From positions 102,578 through 166,577 of the forward strand of contig DISV01000004.1 of NCBI GenBank assembly GCA_002422025.1: a stretch of DNA of 64,000 nucleotides, given 5' to 3'. The notes under the pieces were generated by a model. It searched no databases and was not told the DNA's origin. It saw only the letters and a list, made by a program, of their open reading frames with translations. Shown in pieces: positions 48,766 through 58,534 of this stretch. Each line of letters starts with the position of its first letter. Positions within the stretch are counted from its first letter, which is position 1. The stretch is from Patescibacteria group bacterium UBA6201 (lineage in GTDB: Bacteria > Patescibacteriota > Minisyncoccia > Phycocordibacterales > UBA918). A program made the translations under genes and the position numbers.

Positions 48766-49557
48766 TTAGGTACCTGACCGAGGGCTCAAGGTGAGAATTT
48801 CGGGACCGTTCTCAGTCACCAGAACCGTATGCTCCATATGTGCAGCGATGTTGCCGTCCTCCGACCTTACTGTGTAACCATCCTCTTCGTCAAAGAAGAC
48901 CTCCTTACTGCCGTAAATTATCATCGGCTCAATCGCTAGCACCATTCCTGGCTTGAGTAATGCCCCTTTAACACCCTTTTGGACATAATTTGGTATCTGT
49001 GGCTCTTCGTGTAACGAATATCCCACTCCGTGTCCACACAAAGCCTCCACGATACCAAAGCCTTTGGGTACACTAGCTTCCACTGCCGCACCAATAGCAG
49101 ACACATAGGCACCGGGGCGAGCCGCCTCAATAGCAGCCTTTAGGGCCTTTGCAGTTACCGACACCAATGCCTTTGCTGCTTCATTACCTTCCCCACAAAT
49201 CACAGTCCGCGCAGAATCTAACACCATCTCTTGATAACCAATCACTAAGTCGATACTGACCACATCCCCCTCTTTAAAGGTGCGCAGAGTTTCATTTGGA
49301 ATTCCGTGCACCACTTCCTCATTCAAAGATACACAAGTAGCAGCCGGATACGGACGTGGAGCAAAGGTCGGATGATAACCCAAAATAATAGGCTCAAGGT
49401 TATACTGCTCCAAAAGCTCCATCGCTCTATCGTCTACATCAAGTGTAGTCGCCCCTGGGACTACCTCTTTCTCCAATTCATCAAGCACTAACGCCAAAAG
49501 CTTCCCGCCTTCGCGGAGCTTTTTAATATCTTCTTCTGTTTTTATAGTGATACCCAT
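48766..49557 (-). CDS. map: Methionine aminopeptidase type I
   Basis: Pita-bread fold metal ligands (D, D, H, E, E); 263 aa. Confidence 0.9.
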   Translation of the reverse strand: MGITIKTEEDIKKLREGGKLLALVLDELEKEVVPGATTLDVDDRAMELLEQYNLEPIILGYHPTFAPRPYPAATCVSLNEEVVHGIPNETLRTFKEGDVVSIDLVIGYQEMVLDSARTVICGEGNEAAKALVSVTAKALKAAIEAARPGAYVSAIGAAVEASVPKGFGIVEALCGHGVGYSLHEEPQIPNYVQKGVKGALLKPGMVLAIEPMIIYGSKEVFFDEEDGYTVRSEDGNIAAHMEHTVLVTENGPEILTLSPRSGT

Positions 49558-49585
49558 AAACGAATTTTAATTTCTAATTTTGAAA

Positions 49586-50179
49586 TTAGAGCGATAATGC
49601 CTTCAAAATATCCTGATGTACACTGGCGATATCTTTGGTTCCATCTATGTCATGAACGATGGTACTGGGTCGTTGTCGATAATACTCTACGACCGGTAAG
49701 GTCTGTTCACGATACCATTTTAGCCGTTCCTCAATAGAATCCGGTGTATCGTCAGGGCGGGCCCGAGAATTCATACGCTCCCGTACCACCTCTTCAGGGG
49801 TATCAAGGTTGATGATGTCGATCAAATTACGTTGATAAAATGCCAAAGCAGATTCGAGTACCTTCGCTTCGTCAATAATGCGGGGGAAACCATCAATCAA
49901 CAAGTGGCATTGACTATCCAGATGAGTACGCATCGCGTCTCCCCAAAGCACAGTCGAGAGAAAGAGTGGCTGAAGTACACCAGTGTTTAAGGTGTCTTGA
50001 ATATGTTTCTCGGTATAACCTTCCCCAGATGCCGCCATAGCGCGAAACCGTCGTCCTGTCTGAATATCTAACACTCGACGAGTTGGATCCTTCTCTTTTA
50101 GGACTTTATCGAGCCCATCAATCTGTGTTCCTTTACCACTACCTTGGGGGCCAATGAATATAACGGTTTTTGGTGTCAT
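49586..50179 (-). CDS. adk: Adenylate kinase (short lid)
   Basis: P-loop GPQGSGKGTQ; position secY-adk-map. Confidence 0.75.
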   Translation of the reverse strand: MTPKTVIFIGPQGSGKGTQIDGLDKVLKEKDPTRRVLDIQTGRRFRAMAASGEGYTEKHIQDTLNTGVLQPLFLSTVLWGDAMRTHLDSQCHLLIDGFPRIIDEAKVLESALAFYQRNLIDIINLDTPEEVVRERMNSRARPDDTPDSIEERLKWYREQTLPVVEYYRQRPSTIVHDIDGTKDIASVHQDILKALSL

Positions 50180-50754
50180 TTGCTGATTGCCTTTAGTACT
50201 TCTTGATAAACCACTTCCTCGTTTTGATCTGCATTAATGGTTACTACCTTGCCTTGGCTTTCAAAAAATTCCAATGAATGAATAGTTTCATCATAGAACG
50301 CTTGTAGGCGTTTCTTAATGTTTTCTTCAGTGTCCGACTGATCACGTTGTCTCTTGCGCATTCGCTCAACCACCACCTCATCTTCAGTATCCAGATGCAA
50401 CACAATATACGGACGGGCCAGCATAATATGCATTTCGTGAAGCTTCTTAGCCTCCTCTGGCTTGCGAGCCACACTTTCAAAGATTAGACCGCTATCTATA
50501 TGCTCTGCCAAAACAGCATTGGCAAACAAGTAACTAGCTAGCCATTCTGGTACCCATCCCGAAATATGAATATCACGGATATGGCGACCAAGCGACGAGT
50601 CTTCTGCGGACAATTCTCGTACACGATCCCCGGTGGAAAAAACTGGGAAGCCTAACGCCTTAGCCAAACGATGAGCCTGAGTACCTTTCCCACAACCGGT
50701 CTTACCTATGAAAATTATGCTCTGGTACGGTGTTTGTAGTTGATTCACCGTCAC
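50176..50754 (-). CDS. Second adenylate/NMP kinase paralogue
   Basis: P-loop GKTGCGKGTQ; overlaps adk by 4 nt. Confidence 0.65.
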   Translation of the reverse strand: MTVNQLQTPYQSIIFIGKTGCGKGTQAHRLAKALGFPVFSTGDRVRELSAEDSSLGRHIRDIHISGWVPEWLASYLFANAVLAEHIDSGLIFESVARKPEEAKKLHEMHIMLARPYIVLHLDTEDEVVVERMRKRQRDQSDTEENIKKRLQAFYDETIHSLEFFESQGKVVTINADQNEEVVYQEVLKAISK

Positions 50755-50934
50755 ACATTAGCAGATTTTGGTCCGTCCGTAAAACCACTGACTTGTCCAA
50801 AGGCAAGTCAGGCCGGGTGGTTTTGCTATCTAAGGAATTACCCGCCGGTAATACTGATTTATAAGTTTACTGCCGTAAACATTGATAGTAAACAAAGAAT
50901 GGCGAGCCTCTAGCTCGCCATTCTTTATTCTAAA

Positions 50935-51156
50935 CCTGTGAAATTGGATGCAGTTGTATTGGTACTCCGAAGTCAAAACTTCGAAAATTGGAGGAAATCC
51001 GACGGGTTGGAGGAATTTTGGCGACAGAGCGACCAAGAAAATAAGGAGTGTGCAACACGACTATATTTTCTGAAGTACTCCCTGTAGTGCCTTAGACCAA
51101 CTAAGGTGACCGAGACAAAATTCCGAAACCCTAGGATTTACCCGATTTTGGGAGTT
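50935..51156. repeat. Composite dispersed repeat (Q plus R) between the NMP kinase gene and secY
   Basis: gaaattggatgcagttg...ggaggaaatccgacgggttggagga...ccctaggatttacccgatttt. Confidence 0.55.
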
Positions 51157-52425
51157 TTAGTATTCGCGCATGGAGACTTGCGCATCAACTCGGCGCAACA
51201 GATCCAACACCACTGACACCACAATCAAGAGCGCAGTACCACCAATAGCGAGAGCTGCAATACCGGTCACCATTTTCATACCAAGTGGTAAGACTGCCAC
51301 TAGACCAAGAAATAGTGCTCCTACTAAGGTGAGACGAGTAATCAGTCCTCCTAGGTATTCAGCAGTCGCTGCACCTGGACGGAGTCCAGGTACGAATGCT
51401 CCACTGCGCTGTAGGTTCTTCGATACAGCATCTGGATCAAAGGTTACAGCTGTGTAGAAGAAAGCAAACATGATAACCAACACGAAGTAGACTAGCGCGT
51501 AAGCAAGCTGATTATTAAAGAAGACTAAAAGTAATTCAGATGCTCTGGCTACTCCGGCAATATTAAAGCTCGAAAGGACGTTAAGAAGCATTTGTGGAAA
51601 GAGCAATATCGACATAGCAAAGATAATTGGTATGACGCCTGCCTGATTGAGACGCAGTGGCAAGTATGAAGATGTGCCACCGTAGGTCGTACCACCTCGG
51701 CTCTGTTTTGCGTAAGTAATTGGTACTGGACGCTCCGCCTCAGTCATCACCACCACCGCATAGATAGTAGCGAGCGCAATCAGACCAAAACCAAGGTAAA
51801 GTGGTAATTGTGCTGGAGTATACCCGAAAGCGAGTTGACTCGCTGTGGCAGGAAGTCCTGCAACGATACCAGCGAAAATGAGGATTGAAACACCATTACC
51901 GATACCGTACTCTGTGACTAATTCACCAATCCACATAAGAAGGACAGAACCAGCAACAATTAAGACAACGTTAGTCAAGAAAGCAAAAGTAGACAATCCA
52001 CTAATCACTCCCTGACTCTGAAGTAGAGTCAGGAAACCATAACCTTGCAGGACACCGAGTGGCAAAGTGAGCAGACGTGCATACTGAGTAAAACGAGCTC
52101 GTCCCGCCTCCCCTTCTTCGGTGTGCATGCTCTTCAGTTTTGGTGACATCACAGTCAACAACTGCATAATGATTGAAGCAGTAATGAAAGGTCCAACACC
52201 GAGCATGATGATGGACAAGTTTGCCAGACCACCACCAGAGAAGATGTTAAGGAGTCCCAAGAATTGATTGTTCGCGAAAAATTGCTGCAATACTACCGCG
52301 TCGACTCCTGGAATAGGAATGGTCGACAGGGCTCTGAATATAAATAGTGCACCGAGTACGAATAGTAGACGGTTACGGATACCTTCATCGGTGAACGCTA
52401 TTTTCAGTTTATGTAGGAATTTATT
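51157..52425 (-). CDS. secY: Preprotein translocase SecY
   Basis: 10 TM segments; start taken at MNKFLHKLKIAF. Confidence 0.9.
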   Translation of the reverse strand, partial: NKFLHKLKIAFTDEGIRNRLLFVLGALFIFRALSTIPIPGVDAVVLQQFFANNQFLGLLNIFSGGGLANLSIIMLGVGPFITASIIMQLLTVMSPKLKSMHTEEGEAGRARFTQYARLLTLPLGVLQGYGFLTLLQSQGVISGLSTFAFLTNVVLIVAGSVLLMWIGELVTEYGIGNGVSILIFAGIVAGLPATASQLAFGYTPAQLPLYLGFGLIALATIYAVVVMTEAERPVPITYAKQSRGGTTYGGTSSYLPLRLNQAGVIPIIFAMSILLFPQMLLNVLSSFNIAGVARASELLLVFFNNQLAYALVYFVLVIMFAFFYTAVTFDPDAVSKNLQRSGAFVPGLRPGAATAEYLGGLITRLTLVGALFLGLVAVLPLGMKMVTGIAALAIGGTALLIVVSVVLDLLRRVDAQVSMREY

Positions 52426-52526
52426 CATAGAATCAAGTATAAAGTTAAAAGTGGAAAGTGGAAAGCTGGCTCTTAACCCCAAGGTGGTGGTTTGTCGCCC
52501 TGTAGCTAGCCTTAGACTTTCAGCTT

Positions 52527-52976
52527 TTAACTAATAGCACCTCCCGCTTTCTCGATCTTGGCTTTAGCAGATGCTGAAACCTGACAATCGGTAAAAGTAA
52601 ACTTCTTGGTTAACTCTCCAGTCCCAAGGATTTTCACCAGTGGAGCACGTTTACGTACTGAGGAAATAACTCCAGAAGCTACCAAAGTCTTAGGGCTAAT
52701 AGTTGCTCCCGCTTCGAAAGCTTGCTCAAGTGCGGAAAGGTTAACCACTACCGGAAGTACGCGCTCAGCATTAACAGCCACTGCACGGTTAACACCGTGT
52801 CCACGAAGCTTAGGAAGCTTCTTGATCTGCTCACGCATTTCTGGACGAGTAGAGTTACCCGATCGAGCGGTCTGACCCTTATGTCCGCGACCGGACATCT
52901 TGCCACGCTTACCTCCACGGCCGATACGGCGTGCGGTCTTTTTAGGTGACGTTGGTTTTAATGAATGTAACTGCAT
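52527..52976 (-). CDS. rplO: 50S ribosomal protein uL15
   Basis: Gly/Arg-rich N-terminus GRGGKRGKMSGRGHKG. Confidence 0.9.
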   Translation of the reverse strand: MQLHSLKPTSPKKTARRIGRGGKRGKMSGRGHKGQTARSGNSTRPEMREQIKKLPKLRGHGVNRAVAVNAERVLPVVVNLSALEQAFEAGATISPKTLVASGVISSVRKRAPLVKILGTGELTKKFTFTDCQVSASAKAKIEKAGGAIS

Positions 52977-53040
52977 GATATTAATTTAGAGTTTAAAGTG
53001 AAAAGTTATAAAGTAGTTGATTGCTTCCAACTTTATAAAC

Positions 53041-53715
53041 TTAGGCCTTTAACTGTTTTAGTGCCTCGACAGTGGCGCGGGCGTTGTTAAGTTTGTTCTT
53101 AGTTCGTGAAAGCAGTTTAGCAGTAACGTCCTTAACTCCAGCCAATTCGAGGACGGTGCGTGCAGAACTACCAGCTACTAGACCACGACCAGGAGCTGGC
53201 ATTATCATCACACGACTAGAGGATAGCTTCTTTTCAACATCGTGAGCGATATGGCTGTGCTCATTCATAGGTACAGTAATCATGTGCTTGCGAGCATCTC
53301 GTACGGCCTTTTCAATAGCTAGCTGAGTGTCTCCAGCCTTGCCGATACCTACTCCCACGCGGCCTTTCTTGTCTCCGATTACCATAGAAACTGAGAAAGA
53401 GAAACGACGTCCTCCACCCATAACACGAGTTACGCGACGGATAGAAATGATTTTTTGTTCAAACTCAGGTCGAGCACGTTCGCCACGACCACCAGCACCT
53501 CGACGTGGTCGACGTGGGTTACGGCGGTCATTAGACTCTCCTCCTCTGCCACCAGCACGGCCATGTCCACGGGGTCCGCCAAAGCGGGTGGCTGGCTCAG
53601 TTCCTGAAGTAGCATCAGCAGGTGCATCGGTAGTAGCAGTATTTGCCACTTGGTTTGGCGCCCCCTCTGTAGTTACAGTAGAGTCAGCGACAATTTTAGC
53701 TTCCTGTTTTTCCAT
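53041..53715 (-). CDS. rpsE: 30S ribosomal protein uS5 with about 75-aa low-complexity N-terminal extension
   Basis: Core IISIRRVTRVMGGGRRFSFS...; Ala/Thr/Gly/Arg-rich N-terminus; no rpmD (L30) follows. Confidence 0.9.
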   Translation of the reverse strand: MEKQEAKIVADSTVTTEGAPNQVANTATTDAPADATSGTEPATRFGGPRGHGRAGGRGGESNDRRNPRRPRRGAGGRGERARPEFEQKIISIRRVTRVMGGGRRFSFSVSMVIGDKKGRVGVGIGKAGDTQLAIEKAVRDARKHMITVPMNEHSHIAHDVEKKLSSSRVMIMPAPGRGLVAGSSARTVLELAGVKDVTAKLLSRTKNKLNNARATVEALKQLKA

Positions 53716-53736
53716 AAAATAAATTTGTAGTTGTTA

Positions 53737-54090
53737 CTAGAATTTTAATCCTCCTTCGCGAGCAGCATCAGCCAAAATGGCAATAGCTCCCTGATAACGG
53801 AATCCTCCGCGGTCAAAGACCACCTTCTCAATCCCTTTACCAGTAGCGATTTTCGCGAGCTCAGTGCCGAGAGCGTTTGCTCGTTCCAATAAGTTCTTTC
53901 CTTTCTGCTTTCTGGTATCAAGAGCAGCAACAGTAACGCCGGCACTATCATCAATAAGCTGGGCATAAAGGCCGGTATTACTTTTGAAGACGGCCAAGCG
54001 AGGCTTCTCGCTGGTACCAATGACTCGTGCACGAATACGATTGTGTCGTGATACGCGGCGAGCTGTCTTTAGTTGTGTTTTAGTTTTCAT
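53737..54090 (-). CDS. rplR: 50S ribosomal protein uL18
   Basis: 117 aa, operon position. Confidence 0.9.
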   Translation of the reverse strand: MKTKTQLKTARRVSRHNRIRARVIGTSEKPRLAVFKSNTGLYAQLIDDSAGVTVAALDTRKQKGKNLLERANALGTELAKIATGKGIEKVVFDRGGFRYQGAIAILADAAREGGLKF

Positions 54091-54099
54091 ACACCTTGT

Positions 54100-54226
54100 T
54101 ATTTAAACTTAGGAAATTGGATGAAATCCGACGGGCTGGAGAAGATTTTGTGACCAAGGCGTAGATAGACCTACGACGCGGAAACAAAATCTTTGAAGCC
54201 CTAGGATTTCGCCGATTTCATATTGT
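54100..54226. repeat. Dispersed repeat (R module) between rplF and rplR
   Basis: ggaaattggatgaaatccgacgggctggagaagattttgtgaccaaggcgtagatagacctacgacgcgg...ccctaggatttcgcc. Confidence 0.55.
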
Positions 54227-54760
54227 TTAAACGGCTTTCTTACCTTGCTTACGAATAATATATTCACCCTGATAGCGAATACCCTTGCCCTTATAAGGCT
54301 CTGGCTTTTTCACCTTGCGCACGTCAGCCGCAAATTGACCAACGATCTCCTTATCGACTCCTGTTACTGTTACAACACCCTTCTCTACCACTACAGTGAC
54401 TCCTTCTGGAATCACCATCTCCACTGGGTGCGAGAAACCCATAAGAAGTACGAGTGTGTTTCCTTTAACTTCAGCACGATAGCCAACTCCTTCAATTTCC
54501 AATATTTTTTTGAATCCGTCAGTAACTCCGGTCACCATGTTTCGAGCATGCGCTGCGTAAGTACCCCAAAGGGCACGAGCCGCAATACTACCTTCCTTTG
54601 GAGAGAAGGTGATAGTGTTTCCTTCCATCTTAAGTTCAACATCATCCTTAATCGGACGTGACAAAGAAGTGTTTCCCTTTTTCACAGTCAAGATACCACC
54701 TTCAAAAGTAGCTTCGACGCCAACAGGCAATATTACTGGTTGTTTTCCTAAACGACTCAT
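54227..54760 (-). CDS. rplF: 50S ribosomal protein uL6
   Basis: MSRLGKQPVILP... start. Confidence 0.9.
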   Translation of the reverse strand: MSRLGKQPVILPVGVEATFEGGILTVKKGNTSLSRPIKDDVELKMEGNTITFSPKEGSIAARALWGTYAAHARNMVTGVTDGFKKILEIEGVGYRAEVKGNTLVLLMGFSHPVEMVIPEGVTVVVEKGVVTVTGVDKEIVGQFAADVRKVKKPEPYKGKGIRYQGEYIIRKQGKKAV

Positions 54761-54762
54761 AA

Positions 54763-55149
54763 TTACCAAATCTTAAACAACTGTTCGCCTCCGACCTTTG
54801 CCTCCCTGGCCTCACTGTCAGTGAGGATACCCTTTGGGGTAGATAGGAAAAGGTGGCCTTTGCCGAACTTGACCGGATAAATTTCTTCGACCTTAGCGTA
54901 CAGACGGCGTCCTGGTTTGGACACACGCTTTACATCACTGATGACATGCTTATCGCCGTCATACTTGAGAGTTACCTCAAGAGTTTTCTTTACGTCCTTA
55001 CCTTTTGTTTCTACTGCTACTACGTAGCCAACAGCGGCTAGCTTCATAGCAATAGCCTCCTTTAATTTTGAGTGCGGGACAGACACTACCTGGTGTCCGA
55101 CCGCTCCGGCATTCTTAAGCCGGATGATGAAATCTCCAATGTTATCCAT
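54763..55149 (-). CDS. rpsH: 30S ribosomal protein uS8
   Basis: 128 aa. Confidence 0.9.
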   Translation of the reverse strand: MDNIGDFIIRLKNAGAVGHQVVSVPHSKLKEAIAMKLAAVGYVVAVETKGKDVKKTLEVTLKYDGDKHVISDVKRVSKPGRRLYAKVEEIYPVKFGKGHLFLSTPKGILTDSEAREAKVGGEQLFKIW

Positions 55150-55162
55150 ATATGCTTAAGAA

Positions 55163-55348
55163 TTACCAAGAGCTCTTTTTAACTCCTGGGATAAGTCCCT
55201 CGTGTGCGTGCTCGCGGAAACAAATACGACAAAGATCGAAATCTCGCATATATCCATGCTTACGACCACACTGAACACAACGGCGGACAACCCGACTCTT
55301 GTACTTTGGGGTACGCGTAGCGCGTACTTTTACTGATGTTCGAGCCAT
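55163..55348 (-). CDS. rpsN: 30S ribosomal protein uS14 (type Z, zinc-binding)
   Basis: 61 aa with [20 protein letters not shown]. Confidence 0.9.
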   Translation of the reverse strand: MARTSVKVRATRTPKYKSRVVRRCVQCGRKHGYMRDFDLCRICFREHAHEGLIPGVKKSSW

Positions 55349-55358
55349 TTATTTTTTA

Positions 55359-55392
55359 GGGTTTAGGGACCAGGGTTTAGGGACCAGGGAAC
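55359..55392. repeat. Tandem repeat (gggtttagggaccag) x2
   Basis: ttagggtttagggaccagggtttagggaccagggaac. Confidence 0.5.
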
Positions 55393-55573
55393 ATGTCGGT
55401 AAAACCAACATACAGAACCCAATCCCTTCAGCCTCAATCCCCTTCTTTTCGAGCAGTATCAGCTAGATGTGCTGACTTACATCGACTATTAATCTTCTAT
55501 GGAAGGCCGCCCTGCTGGGCATCTATCGGCAACCCATATCGCTCGCTACATTACCAGAATTTGGATAAAAATC

Positions 55574-55612
55574 AAGCCCCGCGCCAGAGGTGACGCGGGG
55601 CTTTTCTTTTTG
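55574..55612. terminator. Strong GC hairpin inside the spc operon, between rplE and rpsN
   Basis: aagccccgcgccagaggtgacgcggggcttttcttttt; T-runs on both strands. Confidence 0.45.
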
Positions 55613-55619
55613 TAAAAAA

Positions 55620-56168
55620 CTACACTGCTACTTCTTCTTTTTGCAACGGCAAGCCAATATGTCGCAAGAAGGCCTCAGCTTCTGCCTTAGTCTTTGCGGT
55701 AGTAACAATAGTGATAGCAAGCGAAAAAACGTCGCGGATATCTTCGTCAGCAGTCTCAGGGAAAATAGTGTGCTCCTTGATACCGAGAGTGATGTTTCCC
55801 ATATCGTCGATTGCGGTGGTCTTAAGACCACGGAAGTCACGAGTCTGTGGAAGAGCGATATGGATGAGCTTGTCTAGGAAATGATGCATTCTCTCCCCTC
55901 GTAAAGTCACCTGGTAACCAATGATGTCACCCTGACGAAGTTTGAAAGAAGCAATAGATTGCTTAGCTGGACGAGGAGATGGCTTCTGACCAGTGATTTG
56001 TGACAGACGATTGAAGATGGCTTCTTTTTTAGCCTTGTCTTCTACTTTTCCAATACCAACTGATACCACCACTTTATCGAGTCGTGGAGCCTGCATTATA
56101 TTGGTATATCCAAGACTAGACTTCAAAGTCTCAAATGCACTGCCTAGATTTTCTTTTAGAGTTTTCAT
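55620..56168 (-). CDS. rplE: 50S ribosomal protein uL5
   Basis: 182 aa. Confidence 0.9.
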   Translation of the reverse strand: MKTLKENLGSAFETLKSSLGYTNIMQAPRLDKVVVSVGIGKVEDKAKKEAIFNRLSQITGQKPSPRPAKQSIASFKLRQGDIIGYQVTLRGERMHHFLDKLIHIALPQTRDFRGLKTTAIDDMGNITLGIKEHTIFPETADEDIRDVFSLAITIVTTAKTKAEAEAFLRHIGLPLQKEEVAV

Positions 56169-56187
56169 ATGCTTAATAATTGAAAGA

Positions 56188-56505
56188 TTAGATCTCCTTA
56201 CCGGTCTTCTTACTTACACGAACCTTCTTATCACCCTCAGTCTTGTAGCCAACTCGGACTGGCTTTTTGCCATCCACTAGAGCGACATTAGAGATATGTA
56301 CCGGTGCCGCCTTCTTGATTACCTGCCCCTGAGAACGGACACGCTTATTCTTCTGGTGACGAGTAATAACATTAACCTCCTCAACCAAAACCTGCTCAGT
56401 CTTTGGAAAAACTTTTTCCACTTTGCCAGACTTACCTTTATCCTTACCAGCGATAATTATGACGTTGTCTCCTTTCTTAATTTTCATAGACATAGGCTTA
56501 AACAA
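56188..56505 (-). CDS. rplX: 50S ribosomal protein uL24
   Basis: KOW motif; 105 aa. Confidence 0.9.
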   Translation of the reverse strand: MFKPMSMKIKKGDNVIIIAGKDKGKSGKVEKVFPKTEQVLVEEVNVITRHQKNKRVRSQGQVIKKAAPVHISNVALVDGKKPVRVGYKTEGDKKVRVSKKTGKEI

Positions 56506-56869
56506 CTTCAGGGGCTAATGAAACAATCTTCTGATACCCAGCCTCAGAAAGTTCACGAGGGACTGGACCGAACACACGGTTTGCCTTTGGTTCTTTCTTT
56601 TCCTTATCAACCAATACTACGGCGTTATCGTCGAAACTTACGTAAGAACCGTCTGTACGTCGGAATGGCTTCTTCTGGCGTACCACTACTCCGTAAACAA
56701 CATCCTTCTTTTTTACTTGCTTGCGAGGTTCAGCAGTCTGAACAGAAAGCACCACCATCTCGCCGAGTTCAGCGTAGCGCTTCTTGGAACCACCAAGTAC
56801 TTTGAAAACACGACCGATCTTACCGCCGGAGTTGTCTGTGATTTTAACTATGGTTTGTGGTTGAATCAT
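56498..56869 (-). CDS. rplN: 50S ribosomal protein uL14
   Basis: MIQPQTIVKITDNSG. Confidence 0.9.
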   Translation of the reverse strand: MIQPQTIVKITDNSGGKIGRVFKVLGGSKKRYAELGEMVVLSVQTAEPRKQVKKKDVVYGVVVRQKKPFRRTDGSYVSFDDNAVVLVDKEKKEPKANRVFGPVPRELSEAGYQKIVSLAPEVV

Positions 56870-56875
56870 AAGCGT

Positions 56876-57133
56876 TTATTTAGTTAGGAGCGCAAAGCGC
56901 TTGCGCTTACTGATTGGACGAGTCTCAATGATGGATACCTTAGTTCCAACTGGGGCGGTGTTGCCAACATCGTGAACCAAATACTTCTTGGTCTGACGGA
57001 TGAACTTCTTGTACTTAGGGTGCTTTACATAGCGCTCCACAGCCACAGTACAAGTGTCCTGCATCAACGACGCTACCACAGTGCCCTCAAACACTCGGCC
57101 GTTGCTGTTTTCTGTTTTAATTTCTTTTGCCAT
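56876..57133 (-). CDS. rpsQ: 30S ribosomal protein uS17
   Basis: 85 aa. Confidence 0.9.
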   Translation of the reverse strand: MAKEIKTENSNGRVFEGTVVASLMQDTCTVAVERYVKHPKYKKFIRQTKKYLVHDVGNTAPVGTKVSIIETRPISKRKRFALLTK

Positions 57134-57144
57134 ATAAATGAGTT

Positions 57145-57354
57145 TTATTCGGACTTAGTCTTAGGAGATTCACCACTGGTGCGGGTCTTTAATTCAGTGA
57201 GCGAACGAGCAATGTCCTTTCTCGCTTCACGCATTACTCCCACGTCCTTACCACCAGTACCGAAACGGAAATTACGTAGAATCTCGCGCTTATCCTTTAC
57301 CAAAGAAGCGAGTTCTGTGTCCTTCATCTTTTTTATTTCATTCATCTTAGTCAT
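57145..57354 (-). CDS. rpmC: 50S ribosomal protein uL29
   Basis: 69 aa. Confidence 0.85.
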   Translation of the reverse strand: MTKMNEIKKMKDTELASLVKDKREILRNFRFGTGGKDVGVMREARKDIARSLTELKTRTSGESPKTKSE

Positions 57355-57369
57355 ATAAATTTATGAAGA

Positions 57370-57798
57370 TTACTCACCCTCGCGGGCTACGACACGACCC
57401 TTAAGTGGAAGCTTGGCAGTAGCCTTACGTAGTGCCTCTCTAGCCACTACTTCACTGACACCATCTACCTCAAATAAAACTCGACCAGGCCCAACCTCGA
57501 ACACGAAGTGATCTGGATCGCCCTTACCCTTACCCATCGGAGTTTCTGCAGCCTTCTTAGTGATTGGACGGTCTGGGAAAATACGAATCCAAACACGACC
57601 AGTCTTGCCAAGAGTACGAGAAATCACACGACGAGCAGCCTCGATTTGATTGCTCTTCACACGAGCGGGCGTTGTGGCCTTGAGTCCGTATGAACCAAAG
57701 GCAACAGTAATACCGCGAGTCTCTGGGCGCGCCAGTTTAGCCTCGCTCTTGCGATCCACCTGCCACTTACGATGTTTTACTTTTTTAGGAAACAACAT
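57370..57798 (-). CDS. rplP: 50S ribosomal protein uL16
   Basis: 142 aa. Confidence 0.9.
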   Translation of the reverse strand: MLFPKKVKHRKWQVDRKSEAKLARPETRGITVAFGSYGLKATTPARVKSNQIEAARRVISRTLGKTGRVWIRIFPDRPITKKAAETPMGKGKGDPDHFVFEVGPGRVLFEVDGVSEVVAREALRKATAKLPLKGRVVAREGE

Positions 57799-57804
57799 AC
57801 TTAA

Positions 57805-58533
57805 TTATGAGTTACGAGGGGCGCGAGCTGGGGCCTTAGACTCTTCACGAGCCGGAGTGTCAATAGCCGCACGACGGTCAGTGAAAATGTCACCGCGGTA
57901 AATCCACACCTTAATACCAATAACTCCGTAAGGAAGATTGGCGCGTACACGAGCAAAGTCAATGTCAGCGCGCAAAGTCTGAAGCGGGATACGTCCCTTC
58001 TTAAGCTCTTCAACGCGGGACATGTCAGCTCCACCAAGGCGACCAGACATCATAATACGTACACCCTGCACGTCACGGTTGGCCATTACCTTTTCAATAG
58101 TCTGCTTGAGAACACGACGGAACTGCATACGCTTTTCTAGACCCTCTGCTACCATCTGTCCAACTAACTGTGCTGACACTTCTGGAGAACGGATCTCTTC
58201 AATATCAAGATTTATTTCAGGCTTTTCAGTCAATTTTAGAGTACGAAGCAAGAGGTCAATCTCTTTCTTTAGCTTCACTGCCCCTTCGCCACTTCGTCCG
58301 ATTACAAGACCAGGACGGGCGCTCTTTACAATAATGCGAATCGCTTTCTCATCACGCTCAATCTCCACAACGTCAACAGACATACCCTTCAACTTCTTGA
58401 AAAGGAGCTTACGGATAGCTGCGTCGGTACGCAAGTATTCTCGGAAACGCTTAGGATCAGTAGTGAACCAACGACTACGCCAGTCACGGTTGATACCAAT
58501 GCGTTGTATAAATGGATGAGCTACGTGAGTCAT
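57805..58533 (-). CDS. rpsC: 30S ribosomal protein uS3
   Basis: KH domain; 242 aa. Confidence 0.9.
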   Translation of the reverse strand: MTHVAHPFIQRIGINRDWRSRWFTTDPKRFREYLRTDAAIRKLLFKKLKGMSVDVVEIERDEKAIRIIVKSARPGLVIGRSGEGAVKLKKEIDLLLRTLKLTEKPEINLDIEEIRSPEVSAQLVGQMVAEGLEKRMQFRRVLKQTIEKVMANRDVQGVRIMMSGRLGGADMSRVEELKKGRIPLQTLRADIDFARVRANLPYGVIGIKVWIYRGDIFTDRRAAIDTPAREESKAPARAPRNS

Positions 58534-58534
58534 A

